From Mobula birostris (taxonomy: Eukaryota), in NCBI RefSeq assembly GCF_030028105.1, contig NC_092379.1, forward strand, positions 63,934,008-63,998,007: a stretch of 64,000 nucleotides of DNA. The letters are read 5' to 3'. The notes beneath the pieces are model-generated. The model was not told where the DNA came from. It did no database searches and worked only from the letters and a program-made list of their open reading frames with translations. Below are positions 22,090-34,640 of this stretch, in pieces (the first letter of the stretch is position 1; each line of letters starts with the position of its first letter). The position numbers and the translations under genes are program-made.

Positions 22090-24190
22090 TAGGCGAGCTT
22101 TTGATTCTGACATTGCTCACAGTGCATTCTTTAGACCCTGGACAAACTCTTCCACCAAACCATTGTAGCTGGGTGGTATGGTGCTTATTCCATTCATTTT
22201 TAGGAGTGACTGAAACTGTTCCACAACAAACTGTGGTCCATTGTCACTGACTAAGTGTTCTGGAACACCAGTCCTTGTGAAGAGGCTTCTCAACAAATTA
22301 ATAGTGTGTGAGGCTGTTGGGAACATTTCTGTCTACTATGTAGCTGCATCCAATACTACCAGGACATTTGTGTCCATGAATGGTCTGGCAAAATCCACAT
22401 GAATCCTCTTGGCAGGGCTACGCAAGCCATTTCCACATATGGAGAGGCACTGTTCTTGGCATCAACTGGATACGTTGGCATCCCAAACAAGCTGCCTAAT
22501 CTGCTAATCTATTCCAGGCCACCCAGACAAAGCTTCGAGCCAATGATTTCATTCTGACCACACCCAGATGACCTGCCTTTAGCTCCTCCGATACTTTAGC
22601 TCTCTGCTTGGATAGTACAACAACTCTCAATCCCCTCATAAGGCAACCTCCGTTAAGGTCAAGTTCAACTTGTTAGTTTTCACATTGTAAATCTCAATGA
22701 TACCCAGTTCTGTGTCACTCTCATCAATATCAGATTTTTCATCAACGGCATGCAGATGATTTTAAAGCTGACCCTTTTTGAAACTGAAACTTGTCTTCTT
22801 ATCTTTATGTCTTCCCAGTGCAGTCCATTTATTTTTGTCTGTCCAACATGGTCTTTGTACGTATCCTACTTCAGTGGTCCCCAATCTCCGGGCTGCAGAC
22901 TGATACCGGGTCACAAAGCATGCAGGGGTGCAACGGTAGCCGGGACGCACCCAGCACATCTTTAAGAAAAAAGCCGAAATAAACAAGCTAATTAATTAGG
23001 TGCCGCCCAGCACGTAAACGTCAGCCCAGATCAGAAGCGATTGTGGCAATCGCCTACTGCTGCACCCCTGCATGCTTTGCGACCTGGTATTGGTCTGCAG
23101 CCCGGAGGCTGGGGACCACTGTCCTACTTTGTTGCCTTTTCTGCAAGTTTCGCCTTTGAGCCTGCTTTGGTCTAGTGTCTGTGAGCCCTGCTACAACAGT
23201 AATATAATTTGTTCAGCCAGGCAGGTTTCTGTTTAGACATTGCAATTTTATTCATGCTTACTTTCATTCCTGACTACAACTCAGTTCTGTCTCTGGCTGC
23301 TGTTTCTATTGATACAGCAAATTCAACTGCTCTTTTAAATTTGTGTTGTACTTCAGTTAGGAATTCCTTCTTGCAAGATTCCACAAACTAAACAATCTCT
23401 CAGTGAGTTATTAAACCCATTACTGAACTGACAATGCTCAGACAACTTCTTCGGTTCACTCCCCTTCCTCCTGATTCTATTTATGAAACCTAAAGTGTTC
23501 TGCAATCAACAATGGTTTCAGTTCTAAATGTTCCTGCATTGCTTGCATGATATCAGCAAAGCTCATTTTGGTTGGTTTGGTTAAAGCAGATAAACTCTGA
23601 TGCAAACTGTATGCCTTTGCGCCCATTGCACTTAGCAACACTGGCACTCGTTTTACATCAGCTAATTAATTAGCTTCAAATTATTGCTCAATTTGTTCAG
23701 TGTATATTGTCCTGTTGTCTGTTCTGATGTAGCCAGTCATTTCTGCAAGTTTGTTTATATATTATTATTATCACCTGGTTCTCACTGTTTATGAACCCAT
23801 GGCCATACTTGTTGCTTGTTATTTTCATCTGTTTTCTGCCTTTTTGAAAACTCGCATGTTCCCTTCCCCTTCTGAAGAAAAACATGCTGTGCTTCAAAAG
23901 GTAGGTAATCGTCTTGAGTTCATATCAAAATGCCCTTGTCACCACTATTATGTTTTGTAACTCCAGAAACTAATCAAAAGAAAAAATACAAGAGCTGAGA
24001 TACTGGTCTACTTTGTTTTTATCTTCCCTTTTTTAAGTGAGGTGCTCACATATAGCTTGGTGACATAATAAAGTGTGGCATTCACGTACTTCTTACATGT
24101 AGCCCATAATGAATTCCATAAACAAACAAAGAATGCTTAATCAATCAATATATTTGCAATATTACTCAAATATTACTGAAGTACACTACA
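22090..24190 (-). mobile_element. Gypsy/Ty3 LTR retrotransposon relic: 5' LTR (about 23946-24190), PBS, gag, integrase; protease, RT and RNase H apparently deleted
   Basis: gag YTEQIEQ*FEAN..KRVPVLLSAMGAKAYSL with zinc-knuckle remnants; integrase LRSLFTRTGVPEHLVSDNGPQF...NGLVEEFVQGLKNAL; PBS-like tggtgacaagg directly after the LTR. Confidence 0.88.
22872..23121. mobile_element. hAT-family MITE inserted in the Gypsy gag
   Basis: TIR cagtggtcccca / tggggaccactg extending into about 60-bp inverted arms; perfect 8-bp TSD tcctactt (22864-22871 and 23122-23129). Confidence 0.95.
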
Positions 24191-24700
24191 GTTCCCTTTG
24201 TCCTTGTCAAACTACATGTAACCCCAAAGGACTATATCTGGAATGTAGAAAATGTAAGTTGATCTTGACAGGGTGGTGTGTAGAGCTAACAGAGATGGGT
24301 GATGTAAAATTCTTGGAGTTTCAGTTGCTTGATCCGGACAAGATCTCTGTGGACAGAGTGTCAAATAATGAACATCACAGTACAAATTAAAGATAAACAC
24401 AGGAGATGGTTTGGGTAGGGTGGGACATTATTAATAATATCTATTATTATTAATAGACAATGCACTCTGTATTAATAGTTATTGTTAATATACGGATATA
24501 TACTGCTGTTGAGTCCAGTATAAATAATAATTGGTCAATAAGAATTTCAAGCAAAGACGTAGATCACAAATAATATTTCTCTGGATTGTAAAAGGAATTT
24601 TTTTCGGATGCCGTTGAGTGTTTTCAATTTTAAATCCAAAATAGATTGCTAGTATTTTCTAGTATATGTGATTTTAGAAATTAGACAATAGGAATCAATA

Positions 24701-25043
24701 CAGTAAAACTCTGATATCTGATGATCTTGGGACTTTAATGGTGGTGAACTGGCAGATTTTCAGACTATTAGCTTTAATATGCTGACACTTTTAATTCAAT
24801 CCTTTTCAAGATGTTACTAAATAAGTAATAAATTTTCCATAGAACCCAATGAGTTTAAGGGCAACATGCCAGAGTAGTCCTAGTGAGATTAATATGGGAA
24901 ATGGCATTCTGGAATTCAAAGAGGTGTCAGAAGACAGAGCCCTGGCAGGTTTAAAAGGGTGCGGTGAAAGGCACCCAGTGTGCTAGATGCTAGGCCATCA
25001 GGACGTCTGGACAATGGGGAGTAGATCATCAGATTTTGGTTGT
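24701..25043. mobile_element. Possible decayed Tigger/pogo-like MITE
   Basis: ta|cagtaaaactctgatatctg at the left and an imperfect inverted copy tagatcatcagattttggttg at the right. Confidence 0.3.
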
Positions 25044-28000
25044 CTGGCTAAAGTAAAAAATGTTTCATACAAGTGACCCAAGCAGTGATATGGATTGTCA
25101 CGCTTGTTCCCACAAAAAATGATGCATCTCTGCTCTTTTCTTTCTTGGTTTGCAGACTCTGTCAGAACTTTGTCTTTTGCTAAAGCTGTCATGTCTCTGC
25201 TTTTCATCGAAGAAACCAATTTTCTGAATTCCAACTTAATGTACTTTACCCTGCTACCAAAAGAAACTCACCATTCTATAATAGAATCCCCGTGCATGTG
25301 AGTAGTTGGTGTCTGAAGTGCTTCTGCTGAAATTCATTCCTGTCGTTCTGAAATGGGTCATCATGGTTTATAATACTGTTCACTCTGCATTGGCAATACT
25401 TAGAACGGCACCTGAATTCTCTCATTATGCTATTGCTTCAGGGAACTCTCAGGGCAAGCTGCTTTTGGTTTTTCATTTCACTCACCACCAATGTTCCCAT
25501 TGTGTTACACTGCATGTTGGGACCTGACCATTACTGTACTTGCAGCAGATGCCACTGGGTGCAAGTCTCGTGTTACTGGAAGAAATAGAATTGGACCAAA
25601 TGCACTACAGGGATGCCCATAAAGACTCTGGGTGAAATAGTATTGAATATCTCACAACTAAGGACAATTCTCCCACAGATTCAGTGGGCAACTCTATTTC
25701 TCTGTGGACTGGTACTAATGGAAACTAAGGTTTACCAAAGCAGTTGTGACAGAGAACTGTAGCTTTTGTGTCCTCGGGAACAGACTCCTCCTAGTGTCTG
25801 CTCTGTTTTAACCATTGAGCTCAAGATCACTAACTTGCTCACTAGCCAAACCAGTTGCTTGTATCTTATAGTTTACTGCTCACCATAGCATTGCTGAGGT
25901 TGTTGGTACTTTAGTCTGAGACTGGTGACTGCTCTGTTTTCCCTTTAAGCACTAGTATCTGCAACATTGCCAGTTTCCTCTGGATTCAAGCTGTCATAGG
26001 CTGACTCAGCCTCAGAAACTGGGTTGTGAAGAGCTGTTTCTATTTACATAGATGCCACCTGACTTGTTCAGTGTCTCTAAAGGGGGCCCTTTTGAGCTTT
26101 GTGTAATGAGACAACTATAAGGATGGGAGATTATTGGAATTGAAGCCAGTCTGATGTCTCATTGACCAATTGATTCTGATCTTCGGAACACTGTAGCCAT
26201 ATTGTAGCAATAATAAAGGACTGTTCAAATGTGGTATGAGATGTGATGGTACGTGTCTTGCTCCATTTAGTGTATGACAAGTAGAGCGACTCCTGCTTCT
26301 TTAGTAATAAGTCAACTTTGAGGTTGATCCATGAGTCATCTTTGAGATCCAGGCACTGAGTTTTAGTTGGAGACAATTCCTGATGGACTATGTTTCATAA
26401 TCAGAGTCAGAGCCCAAAGGTTTCATTATAAATGTTTATATTTCCAATAAGGCAGCATAGATAATTTTCTGCACCTCTTACAGTGGGAGACAATTGTACC
26501 CAGTTTTGACAATGGTCAGTCTGTTCAGCCCAGATAGTTGATAACAGCACTAATTATGATGTAAGCAAATGACTGGGTATTTGGTTCAATAAGTTACCAT
26601 CAAACTTCATGTTGAGAAGAATTAATCTGGTGCTTCATTGCAATATTAAAAAATTGCATAATGAATTTATCCCTCTACATTGAACAATTCCATCATTTTT
26701 TTCGCAGTTAGAAGGGAAATTTTAAACAAAAGTGTTTTCTCTGTTCAGCATAAAAGATTAAATAGAAGTAAGTGAAAATACAGTAAATTAATATAAATGA
26801 AACTTCCTGTTTCAATAGTAATATTATAAACCCTAGTGTGTATTACAGTGCCAGCTTTCCAAAGTGGATTTAACAGTCCAAGCTCTGTACCCTGATACCA
26901 TGACATGCTGAGGACAAGGCATTGAATCCTCGCAATGCCACTGGTTCTCACATAAGACTGGGTAGGTAACAGAGTGCACGCTGTGGCCCACATACTGTCA
27001 CAATAGCATCTCGACACCTGGCAATCTTGACAAACACCTCCCAGGAGGAAACTGTCAGCTTGCTTTGGGCTGCAAAGAAGCATCTGTGTGTTTCCACTGA
27101 GAAGTATTCTGCCCATCTAACACTGGCCTGCTGCTGACTCACAGGGCAGACTCACGGTTCATAGTTCGACAACAAAAATGCGATCTTAATTTGGCCATGG
27201 TGATTCTGTGTGATGTTGGCCTGTAAAATAAGGAATCAAACCATTGAAATGAACCCAAAAGATGGTTGCAAAATGATTGTGTGTAATTGGGTAAAGTGGG
27301 GGAAAGTACGGTACGGAGTATCAGTATCAGGCTGTCAGGGAAAGCTTTATATAAGAGATTATAGTGTAGTGTTAATGATAACACGTCAGCAGCAAGCGTA
27401 AGGTGTAGAGGGTTTAAATCAGCATTTTGGATCGGGTCATACAATGTTTTCCTGCTCTGCTTCATACTCAGGGAGTGTCACTCATAACTGAGTCCCCGTG
27501 TTCTTTCCTCCCAGCCAGTCTTGGATCTTCTCCTGGAAGACCTCTCTAGATTTCATCAATGACTTGAGAGTGGGACCCCTCATCTCTCCTGTCTCTTTGT
27601 TTTTTTTTTGCACCAATCTTTTTGCACAGGTTGTCATGGTGGCCTGTGTGTGTCGTACAGAGGCCGGAACTCTAATGTCAAAATTGCACTGCTGAATAAC
27701 ACAGCCTCAGCAAAACTGCAATAAATATTTTTAATAGAATGAGGCAGGGTTTGGGGAAAAAACACCAATGCATGACAACTATGCTGGAAAATTAAAAATC
27801 TTAGGAACTTTGCTCTCTTGCCCAATTTCTTCTGTTAGATCTATCAGGTCATCATTGGCCAGAATTTCAAGGTCTGCTTAAGAACCTAGAGCCTTAGAAA
27901 AGGTAAGCTTTGTAAAGTTCTACTCCTGCTGCAGACTGAACAGGAGCAGCTGATTAGAGAACAGTATCCAGACTCCTGCAGTTGGGAGTGATCCCTCCTT

Positions 28001-28386
28001 TGAGAAGTGGGGAGAAAAGGAGTTGTATGAGGAAGGGGGCTTTCGACAACCACTTTGAGAAGGGCTCTGCAACAAGGTGAAGCCCCATAGATTTTACTTT
28101 CTGGTGTATATTCTTAATGAACAGTTTATATACTTCTGAAATAAATAACACTTGGCATTTAGTATTTCCAATTACCATTGCTTTAACAGACTGCCTGTAA
28201 GGACTGTCAGCCATAAAACTTTTGATGGTGGTGGTGGTACTGATGGAGCAGTATCAATGAGTTTTACTTCTAAACTCAGAGCTACTTCAGAAAACAAGAA
28301 AGTGATCCTATTTTCTCTCACAAGTGCTGTGTACTGCTTTTGTTTTGTTTCATCTTTAAATCCATCTTTATGAGGTGAGGATATTA

Positions 28387-28422
28387 CAGCTGTAAATAAA
28401 GGGACTTCCCTAGCAACACCTG
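28387..28422. promoter_or_regulatory. Candidate enhancer motif cluster
   Basis: Overlapping CAGCTG, TGTAAATA, GGGACTTCCC, CTAGCAAC and CACCTG within 36 bp of non-repeat DNA. Confidence 0.3.
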
Positions 28423-28629
28423 TGAAACTTAACTATTTAAAAAAACGATGTGAAAAGGCATGAATTACAAAAGAACTGATTCTATTTTCTTTAATTAAAC
28501 TACTTTTGTGGGAAGTACCTGAAGCTTAACACCGACATATGGAGGAAATCGATCTGTAGTGTCATGAACTCCATTCAAAGTATGTGTTAATTTCTGTTCC
28601 TGGCTGTGGGTGGCCGGACATAAACAATT

Positions 28630-28696
28630 CCCAATCCGGGATCAACCATGATGGAATAGCGGAGCAGACTTGATGGACTGAGTGGCCTAATTCTGC
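28630..28696 (+). mobile_element. CR1 3' tail fragment
   Basis: gatcaaccatgatggaatagcggagcagacttgatggactgagtggcct, followed by aattctgctcctatgttttatggtctt. Confidence 0.8.
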
Positions 28697-29547
28697 TCCT
28701 ATGTTTTATGGTCTTACATATGAATGGAAATTCAGCAAAAACAGAAAATCGCGTATGTCAGAAGGGGATGATTTCTTCTGTCAGGAATCCAATTTTGTTA
28801 ATGGATGAGAATAAATGTCTTGATTAAGTATTCCCCAGGACTCATCTTTCAGTAGAGTCTAAGCACGTCAGAAATCTAAGCACAATGATTACTGGACTAA
28901 ATTATTTTCATCCATTTAATTTTATGCAGAGAGATTTTTCCCTACGTTTAGCAGAACCAGCCATTATTTTCTAAAGTTTGTGCATTTTGAGTGTTGCACT
29001 CTGCCACTCATTTGTGTAAGGTATTAGATCCTGGCATTTCTCTGGTATCTGACAATGGGGACAAATTAAAAATAAATAATGTGTGCACCTAGAGTGAGTT
29101 GTCAGGTGAGAGATTCACAGCTAGACAGAACTGGGAAATTGATTAACTGCCCACTTTGGCTACAGAACATTTCATTCTCTCAACCCTCAGTTATATGTTT
29201 AACTTCTGTGGAAACGGAATAAAAAATTAAAATGCCTTTAAAAATACATTAACAAGAAATATTGCAGCATTTCAATTTGCCTCCGGAATTTGCACATATC
29301 TTCTATTTTCCTCACAAGGAGGAGTGAAGATCAAGGAGGCCAAGAAGATCAACCCTCTACAGATACCCCAGTTGCTCTCCCCTCTGCATTTCACCTCATT
29401 GTGTCATTTCAGTTGAATGAATACAGGCTGATTTTTGTCCTGACCATCATGCAGTGGAAGATCATCCCTGTCCTAAAACAGGAGACCAGGTGGTCGAGTG
29501 TTGGTGTTAACCACTCACTTTGTACCTCAATGCCATTGTGGTAAAAT

Positions 29548-29735
29548 GTCAACCATGGCTGAGTGAATGGCATTCTCACTCCGAAAGCCGTGCGTTCAAG
29601 AGCAATGAACTTGAAGTTAAAGCTGGCACTCCACTGGAGTGCTACACAGTCAAAGGTGCCTTCTTTAAGGCAAACCAATTAACCGAGGCCTCACCCGCAT
29701 TCACAGGTGCAAATCAAAGAGATACAACATGGAAC
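29548..29735 (+). mobile_element. DeuSINE tRNA-derived head and start of Deu domain
   Basis: gtcaaccatggctgagtgaatggcattctcac...gttcaag (B box)...gctggcactcca...ggtgccttcttt...ttaaccgaggcc. Confidence 0.6.
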
Positions 29736-29799
29736 AAGCTCACCAAGTCCGTGCTGACCTTTAATCAGACACTTTTACACCGTTCCAACCCTAACCTAT

Positions 29800-30030
29800 T
29801 TGATGACACTCACATTTGTATCAACTCCCCCGTGATTCTATCACTGATTCCCACAGCAGGGGCAATTTGCAATAGCTCTTAACCTACAAGCCCTATATGA
29901 GGTATGGGAAGAAACCAGAGCACCTGCAAGAAATCCACGCCCCAGCAGGGAGAACATGAAGACTCCACGCAGATATCACTCGAAGTGGGGATCACAGCTG
30001 GATCCAGCTGCACCTTTCTACCAGCCACAC
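29800..30030 (-). mobile_element. V-SINE (HE1-like) fragment
   Basis: tgggaagaaaccagagcacctgcaagaaatccacgc...gggagaacatgaagactccac is the reverse of the V domain. Confidence 0.75.
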
Positions 30031-31479
30031 CCAACTGAATTAAATCATGCATAGAGCACAGCCGCCAGTTTCTCCCATTCACTTTCATGTGACTGCTGTA
30101 CTTGTGTCAAGTTTCACCTGCCGCCAGCACAACTGAGAAGTCTGCACAGGTTGCAACTGTCCCATTGGACTCTGTGAATTCTTCTGGCACAGGAAAGGTG
30201 CGCTGGGACCAACAGTCAGCCAAGCAGGAGAATGGAATTCACACTATTCTTGGCAATATACGAATCCTCGTCTGACCGATACAGCAACAGGGGAGTCGGA
30301 TTTTGCTGCAGACCTGGGATCAAGGTTATATTGAAATGGTGTGATGAAGACTCAAGGAGACATCTGTAAATCCAGAATGAAGCATCAACACCAAGACTCT
30401 TCCAAACTTGTGGCTCAGATTTGTACTGTTTTATTTTTGCATGGATTTCTTCTGGAAAACTCTTTTTAATGGGAAGAGTAGAAATTTGAACTTCTTTACC
30501 CTAGAAAGCTGCTGCTGATAGATTAATTGCAAATGGTGACACTGAAATTGAAAGATTTTGTTCAGTAAAGATATGAAGATCATTTAATAGCAAATAATCA
30601 AGATAAGTGTGTGCTTCAAGTACAGATCAACCATAATATGATTGGTGGAATAGGCTTGAGGTTTCCACTTGGCCTAATAATGTAAATTACAGAACTTACC
30701 GATCTGGTGTGTAAAGTGACAGCATTGAACAGAGTGTAAATATTAAGAGAAATGGAGAGGTGCAGACTTTCTGTATACTTATCCTACTAAATAACACCGA
30801 GGGTGTCGTGTAGGAGAAATAACCTCCCATTGCATGAGAGTAATCAAAGCCCCATAATGGCCAACATTGATACTCATAGTAATTTTGTTACAGTTTGCAA
30901 ATAACTGTGGTCATACAGCATTGGATAAATATATACTTTTTCATATAATTTCATCGGGAATTTCATGCACCATTTAATGCAAGTTATTCAGATGAAGGAA
31001 TCTTCTTTTATTAATCAGAACTAAATATGAATCTGAAATGAGAAATATTAAGGCATTAACTATCTGTGGAGGAGAAATATTTTACTCTTCAGACTCCAGT
31101 ATAGCAGCATTTAGTCTTGTGTGGATGCACCACCTGAACCAATTGATACACTCTTGGAAGCCTCCGCTAAGATTAATACACATACAAAGTTCTCAGCAGG
31201 GAGGACTGCATCCTTTCAGAGACTGCCAACTAACCAGGACCCCACCACAACTGACAAATAAACAGGACTCCATTGAAATGATAACCATATAAGACCTCCA
31301 CCTAAACTGACAAATATATATTAAAAAGACACACACCCGTTATCCCCACACACAAAACTGTCACAAACCCAAACCTAGTATCTTCAAAAGCTGCTCCCTC
31401 AGTTGCCACATATCCAGAAATTCTCCAGAAACTGGAGGTTTGTTGGCACCGACAGACAAACATCTTTAGAGAGTAATAT

Positions 31480-31915
31480 CTCCAAAGGAAGGTTGGAGAA
31501 GCATGGATTATTTTATCTGGAGTGACAGAAGCTGAAGGATTACCTGATAAAAGTACAGAAATCTATGAAATACATAGGTAGGGCAGGGTAGATAATCAGT
31601 CTTTTTCCCTGGGGTAGAAATGTCCAATACCTGAAGGCATAGCTTTTTGGCAGGAGGCTGAAAGATTAAAGAAGGCAAGTTTTTATTTCACAGTGAGTGG
31701 TAGGTTCCTGGAACATGAAACCAGGAGAAGTGGTTGAAATAGATATATTGTAGGAGCAGTGTTCAATAAATGTTTATTCAGTCACATGAGGAGGCAGGCT
31801 TTGAAAGGATACAGACCAGATGTGGGCATATGGGATTATTTTATTTGACAGTATGCTTCGCATAGACATTGTCGGCCAAGGGGTCTTTCCCTGTACTATT
31901 CTGTTCTATATTCCA
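31480..31915 (+). mobile_element. Old CR1 3' fragment
   Basis: gaagctgaaggattacctgataaaagtacagaaatctatga...tttcacagtgagtggtaggttcctggaac...tgtactattctgttctatattcc. Confidence 0.75.
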
Positions 31916-32239
31916 TATCATTACATTCATGGGACCTACGGTATGTGTGTTTCTTTAAATTAAAATTCAATGGCTGATATGTGATTAAGTTTATACAAAG
32001 ATATTGAGTTGTATTTATTCCAAAAAATTGGAATCCAAATTCTTTTCAATTTGGGAGGACCATTGTTTGGTAGCAAAATGGTATATCACTGGCCTTCTCC
32101 ACATGGACCATAAAATAAATCTTGTAAGTGTAAACCTGTTGCACACTGAATGGAAAATCTGGCCAATGGACATTCAGTGAATCACAACACCACTACCATA
32201 ATTAGTACTATTTATCTGTAATTGTGTATTCTTAAAGCA

Positions 32240-32715
32240 GAAGTTATAAGGATGTTGCCAGGTCAGGAGGACCTGAGTTATAAGGAAAGATTAAATAGGT
32301 TAGGACTTTATTCCTTGGAAAATAGAAGATTGTGAGGAGATTTGATAGAGGTATACAAAATGATGAGTGGTATAGATAGGGTAAGTGCAAGCAGGCTTTT
32401 TCAACTGAGTTTGGATGGGTCTACAACTAGAGGTCATGGGTTAAGGATGAAAGATGAAACGTTTAAGAGGAACATGAGGTGAAACTTCATCACTCTGAGG
32501 GTTGTGAGAGTGTGGTATGAGCCGCCAGCACAAGTGGTGTATGTGAGCTCAATTTCAATGTTTAGGAGAAGTTTAGATAGGTACATGGATGGTAGAAGTA
32601 TAGAGGGCTATGGTCCCAGAGCAGGTTGATGGGATTAGGCAGTTTAAGTGGTTCAGCACAGACGAGATGGGCCAAAGGACCCATTCATTGCTGTGCTTTT
32701 CTGTGATTCTATATG
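32240..32715 (+). mobile_element. CR1 3' fragment (same subfamily as 48200-48650)
   Basis: ggatgttgccagg..gaggacctgagttataaggaaag...gcaagcaggcttttt...acaactagaggtcatgggttaagg. Confidence 0.88.
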
Positions 32716-33204
32716 GAATTATGTGTTATTACGAGATAAATATGAAAACAATAATTAAAATAAACCACCGAAATTGTCTCAAACAAGGTTATTTTTTATA
32801 ATATTAAAATTGGTGTACTTGAACAGGAATGCTTTGTAAACCCTTTATTCTGTTTGATTCATTTGGTGTGTCATGCATTAAGACAGGAATGATGAATATT
32901 TATGGTTAAATCACAGTGCTGAGAAGATTAATCTTTTGATGTGGGGACATTTACAAGTTTCATGTTGGGGAAGAAAGTGATATGGTTATTTTTATGTGTG
33001 TGTGGGCAATGGTGACATTGAGAAACATGAGAGAAGTATGTGGAGGAACTGTGTGTAATACAATATTCCATCACTACACTTGTATGTAGAGGATCTGTCT
33101 GTAACACAATATTCCATGACTACACTTGAACAGATAACTAATGGCCTCAGCAACCACAGCAGATCAAAGGCTCATAAAGAACATGAAATGATTTCTGTTT
33201 GGCA

Positions 33205-33330
33205 TCTGGAAGAAATCCACCCGGTCACGGGGAGAACGTACAAACTCCTTACAGATAGTGGCGGGAATTGCACCTGGTCCACTGGTACTGTAGAGCGTTG
33301 TGCTGACCACTACGCTACTGTGCTACCCTT
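33205..33330 (-). mobile_element. V-SINE 5' fragment
   Basis: ggaagaaatccacccggtcacggggagaacgtacaaactccttacagatagtggcgggaattg...tgctgaccactacgctac. Confidence 0.8.
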
Positions 33331-33989
33331 CTGCCAACTGCCTTCCGTCATAAGTCATCCTTACACAAATAATTTCCTCAGGCGTTCCACATGGAGCGAA
33401 TCGCTAGAGCACATTGGGCACTCGTAGAATAACACACTCTTCGTAGCACAATGTTGGACTCAGATGTCAGCTTAATAAGTAAATTATAAATAAACTATCC
33501 ATTTTTGAAAATAATTATGTTGAATGCTCAGTTTTGAATTGGTGCTTTATAATGGCTTGTTGCATGAACTTATAATACTCTATTTCCTAAAATTACATTA
33601 AGAACTTTATTCATTTTAGTTTGTGTAATTTCATTCACCTTTCCCAATCTTTGTAGTGTTGTCCAAACCAAAGTTCTAATGAGTAACCGAGAAGGAAGTT
33701 GGGTTCTTGGTCTCAATGTATGAATATAAAATGTGTGATTACTCTCAGTAAATGACGTGATACGATTGTGGTTTATCAGAGTCAGCACCATTCTAACCTT
33801 TAAGCCTGATACACCATGCTCAAATGGATGGTTAGTTGAGATAAGACTATACTGCAGAACAGATCCTCCATTCTCATAGCCACGAGAGAATGATGGCTCA
33901 TTGGAATTGTCAATAACATGCCCAACTCTAGTTTCCTGAACAGACACTCAATCTGCAGCTCTGTCATGGCTTTAGATTACTAGGCTGAC

Positions 33990-34292
33990 AAAGAAAACAA
34001 TTCAACAGTGTGTTCAAAGCTTCTTTGAAAAGGTTTAACATCCCTATTGACTCCTCAGGCCCATGACCACTCAACGTGGAAAGGGATCATTTAGGAATTT
34101 TGAGGTTGTGTACTGGGAGTCCTGCATAAGCAGTGGAAAGGGGTGCACCCCTCACACACCATTCACTCACTCAGCAAGTGATCTACCACCTGCACCATCT
34201 GTGGAATAGTCTGCCAATGGCCTCATCTGTCTCCCACAATACTGGAGCGGATGAAAGTCATCCTTGATGCTGAGGGACACCTAGAAGAAGAT
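33990..34292 (+). mobile_element. RTE-clade LINE 3' end
   Basis: C-terminal CTICG..C remnant and tail gtcatccttgatgctgagggacacctagaagaaga, matching 49330-49382. Confidence 0.55.
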
Positions 34293-34579
34293 CAGGGATT
34301 TATCTATATCATTCTCCAGCTGAATGAGTTTTGACAAAGCTCAATGGCATTTGTCTGACCTTGAATATTTTTTGTACATCTCTTTACAGTATGTACAATC
34401 TCAGTATTCACTTGAAAGCTAGTTATTGTCCACAAAGGGGTTAATCGATTTGAAATCAGTGGGTTATGACATCTTTAAAAATAGTGGGAAAAGGAACCCT
34501 GGCAATCTGATTTTCAGACCACTGCAAATGACAATCACAAATGTCATGCCTTGTAACTAAAGGTCCTTGTGTACTCTAG

Positions 34580-34640
34580 AGGTCACATGACCTTTATAAA
34601 AAATGTCATCCAATTGTAGTGAGGATTTAGCCAGCCAATG
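34580..34640. promoter_or_regulatory. Candidate promoter/enhancer: palindromic E-box, TATA and CCAAT
   Basis: AGGTCACATGACCT (34580-34593), TATAAA (34595-34600), AGCCAATG (34633-34640). Confidence 0.3.

Noticed and set aside
24425-24492. AT-rich palindromes
   Set aside because: Low complexity and expected by chance.
26745-27142. 123-aa and 64-aa minus-strand ORFs in unique DNA
   Set aside because: No recognisable domain or convincing splice boundaries.
30105-30275. Open frame PAASTTEKSAQVATVPLDSVNSSGTGK
   Set aside because: Weak acceptor, no start codon and no recognised homology.
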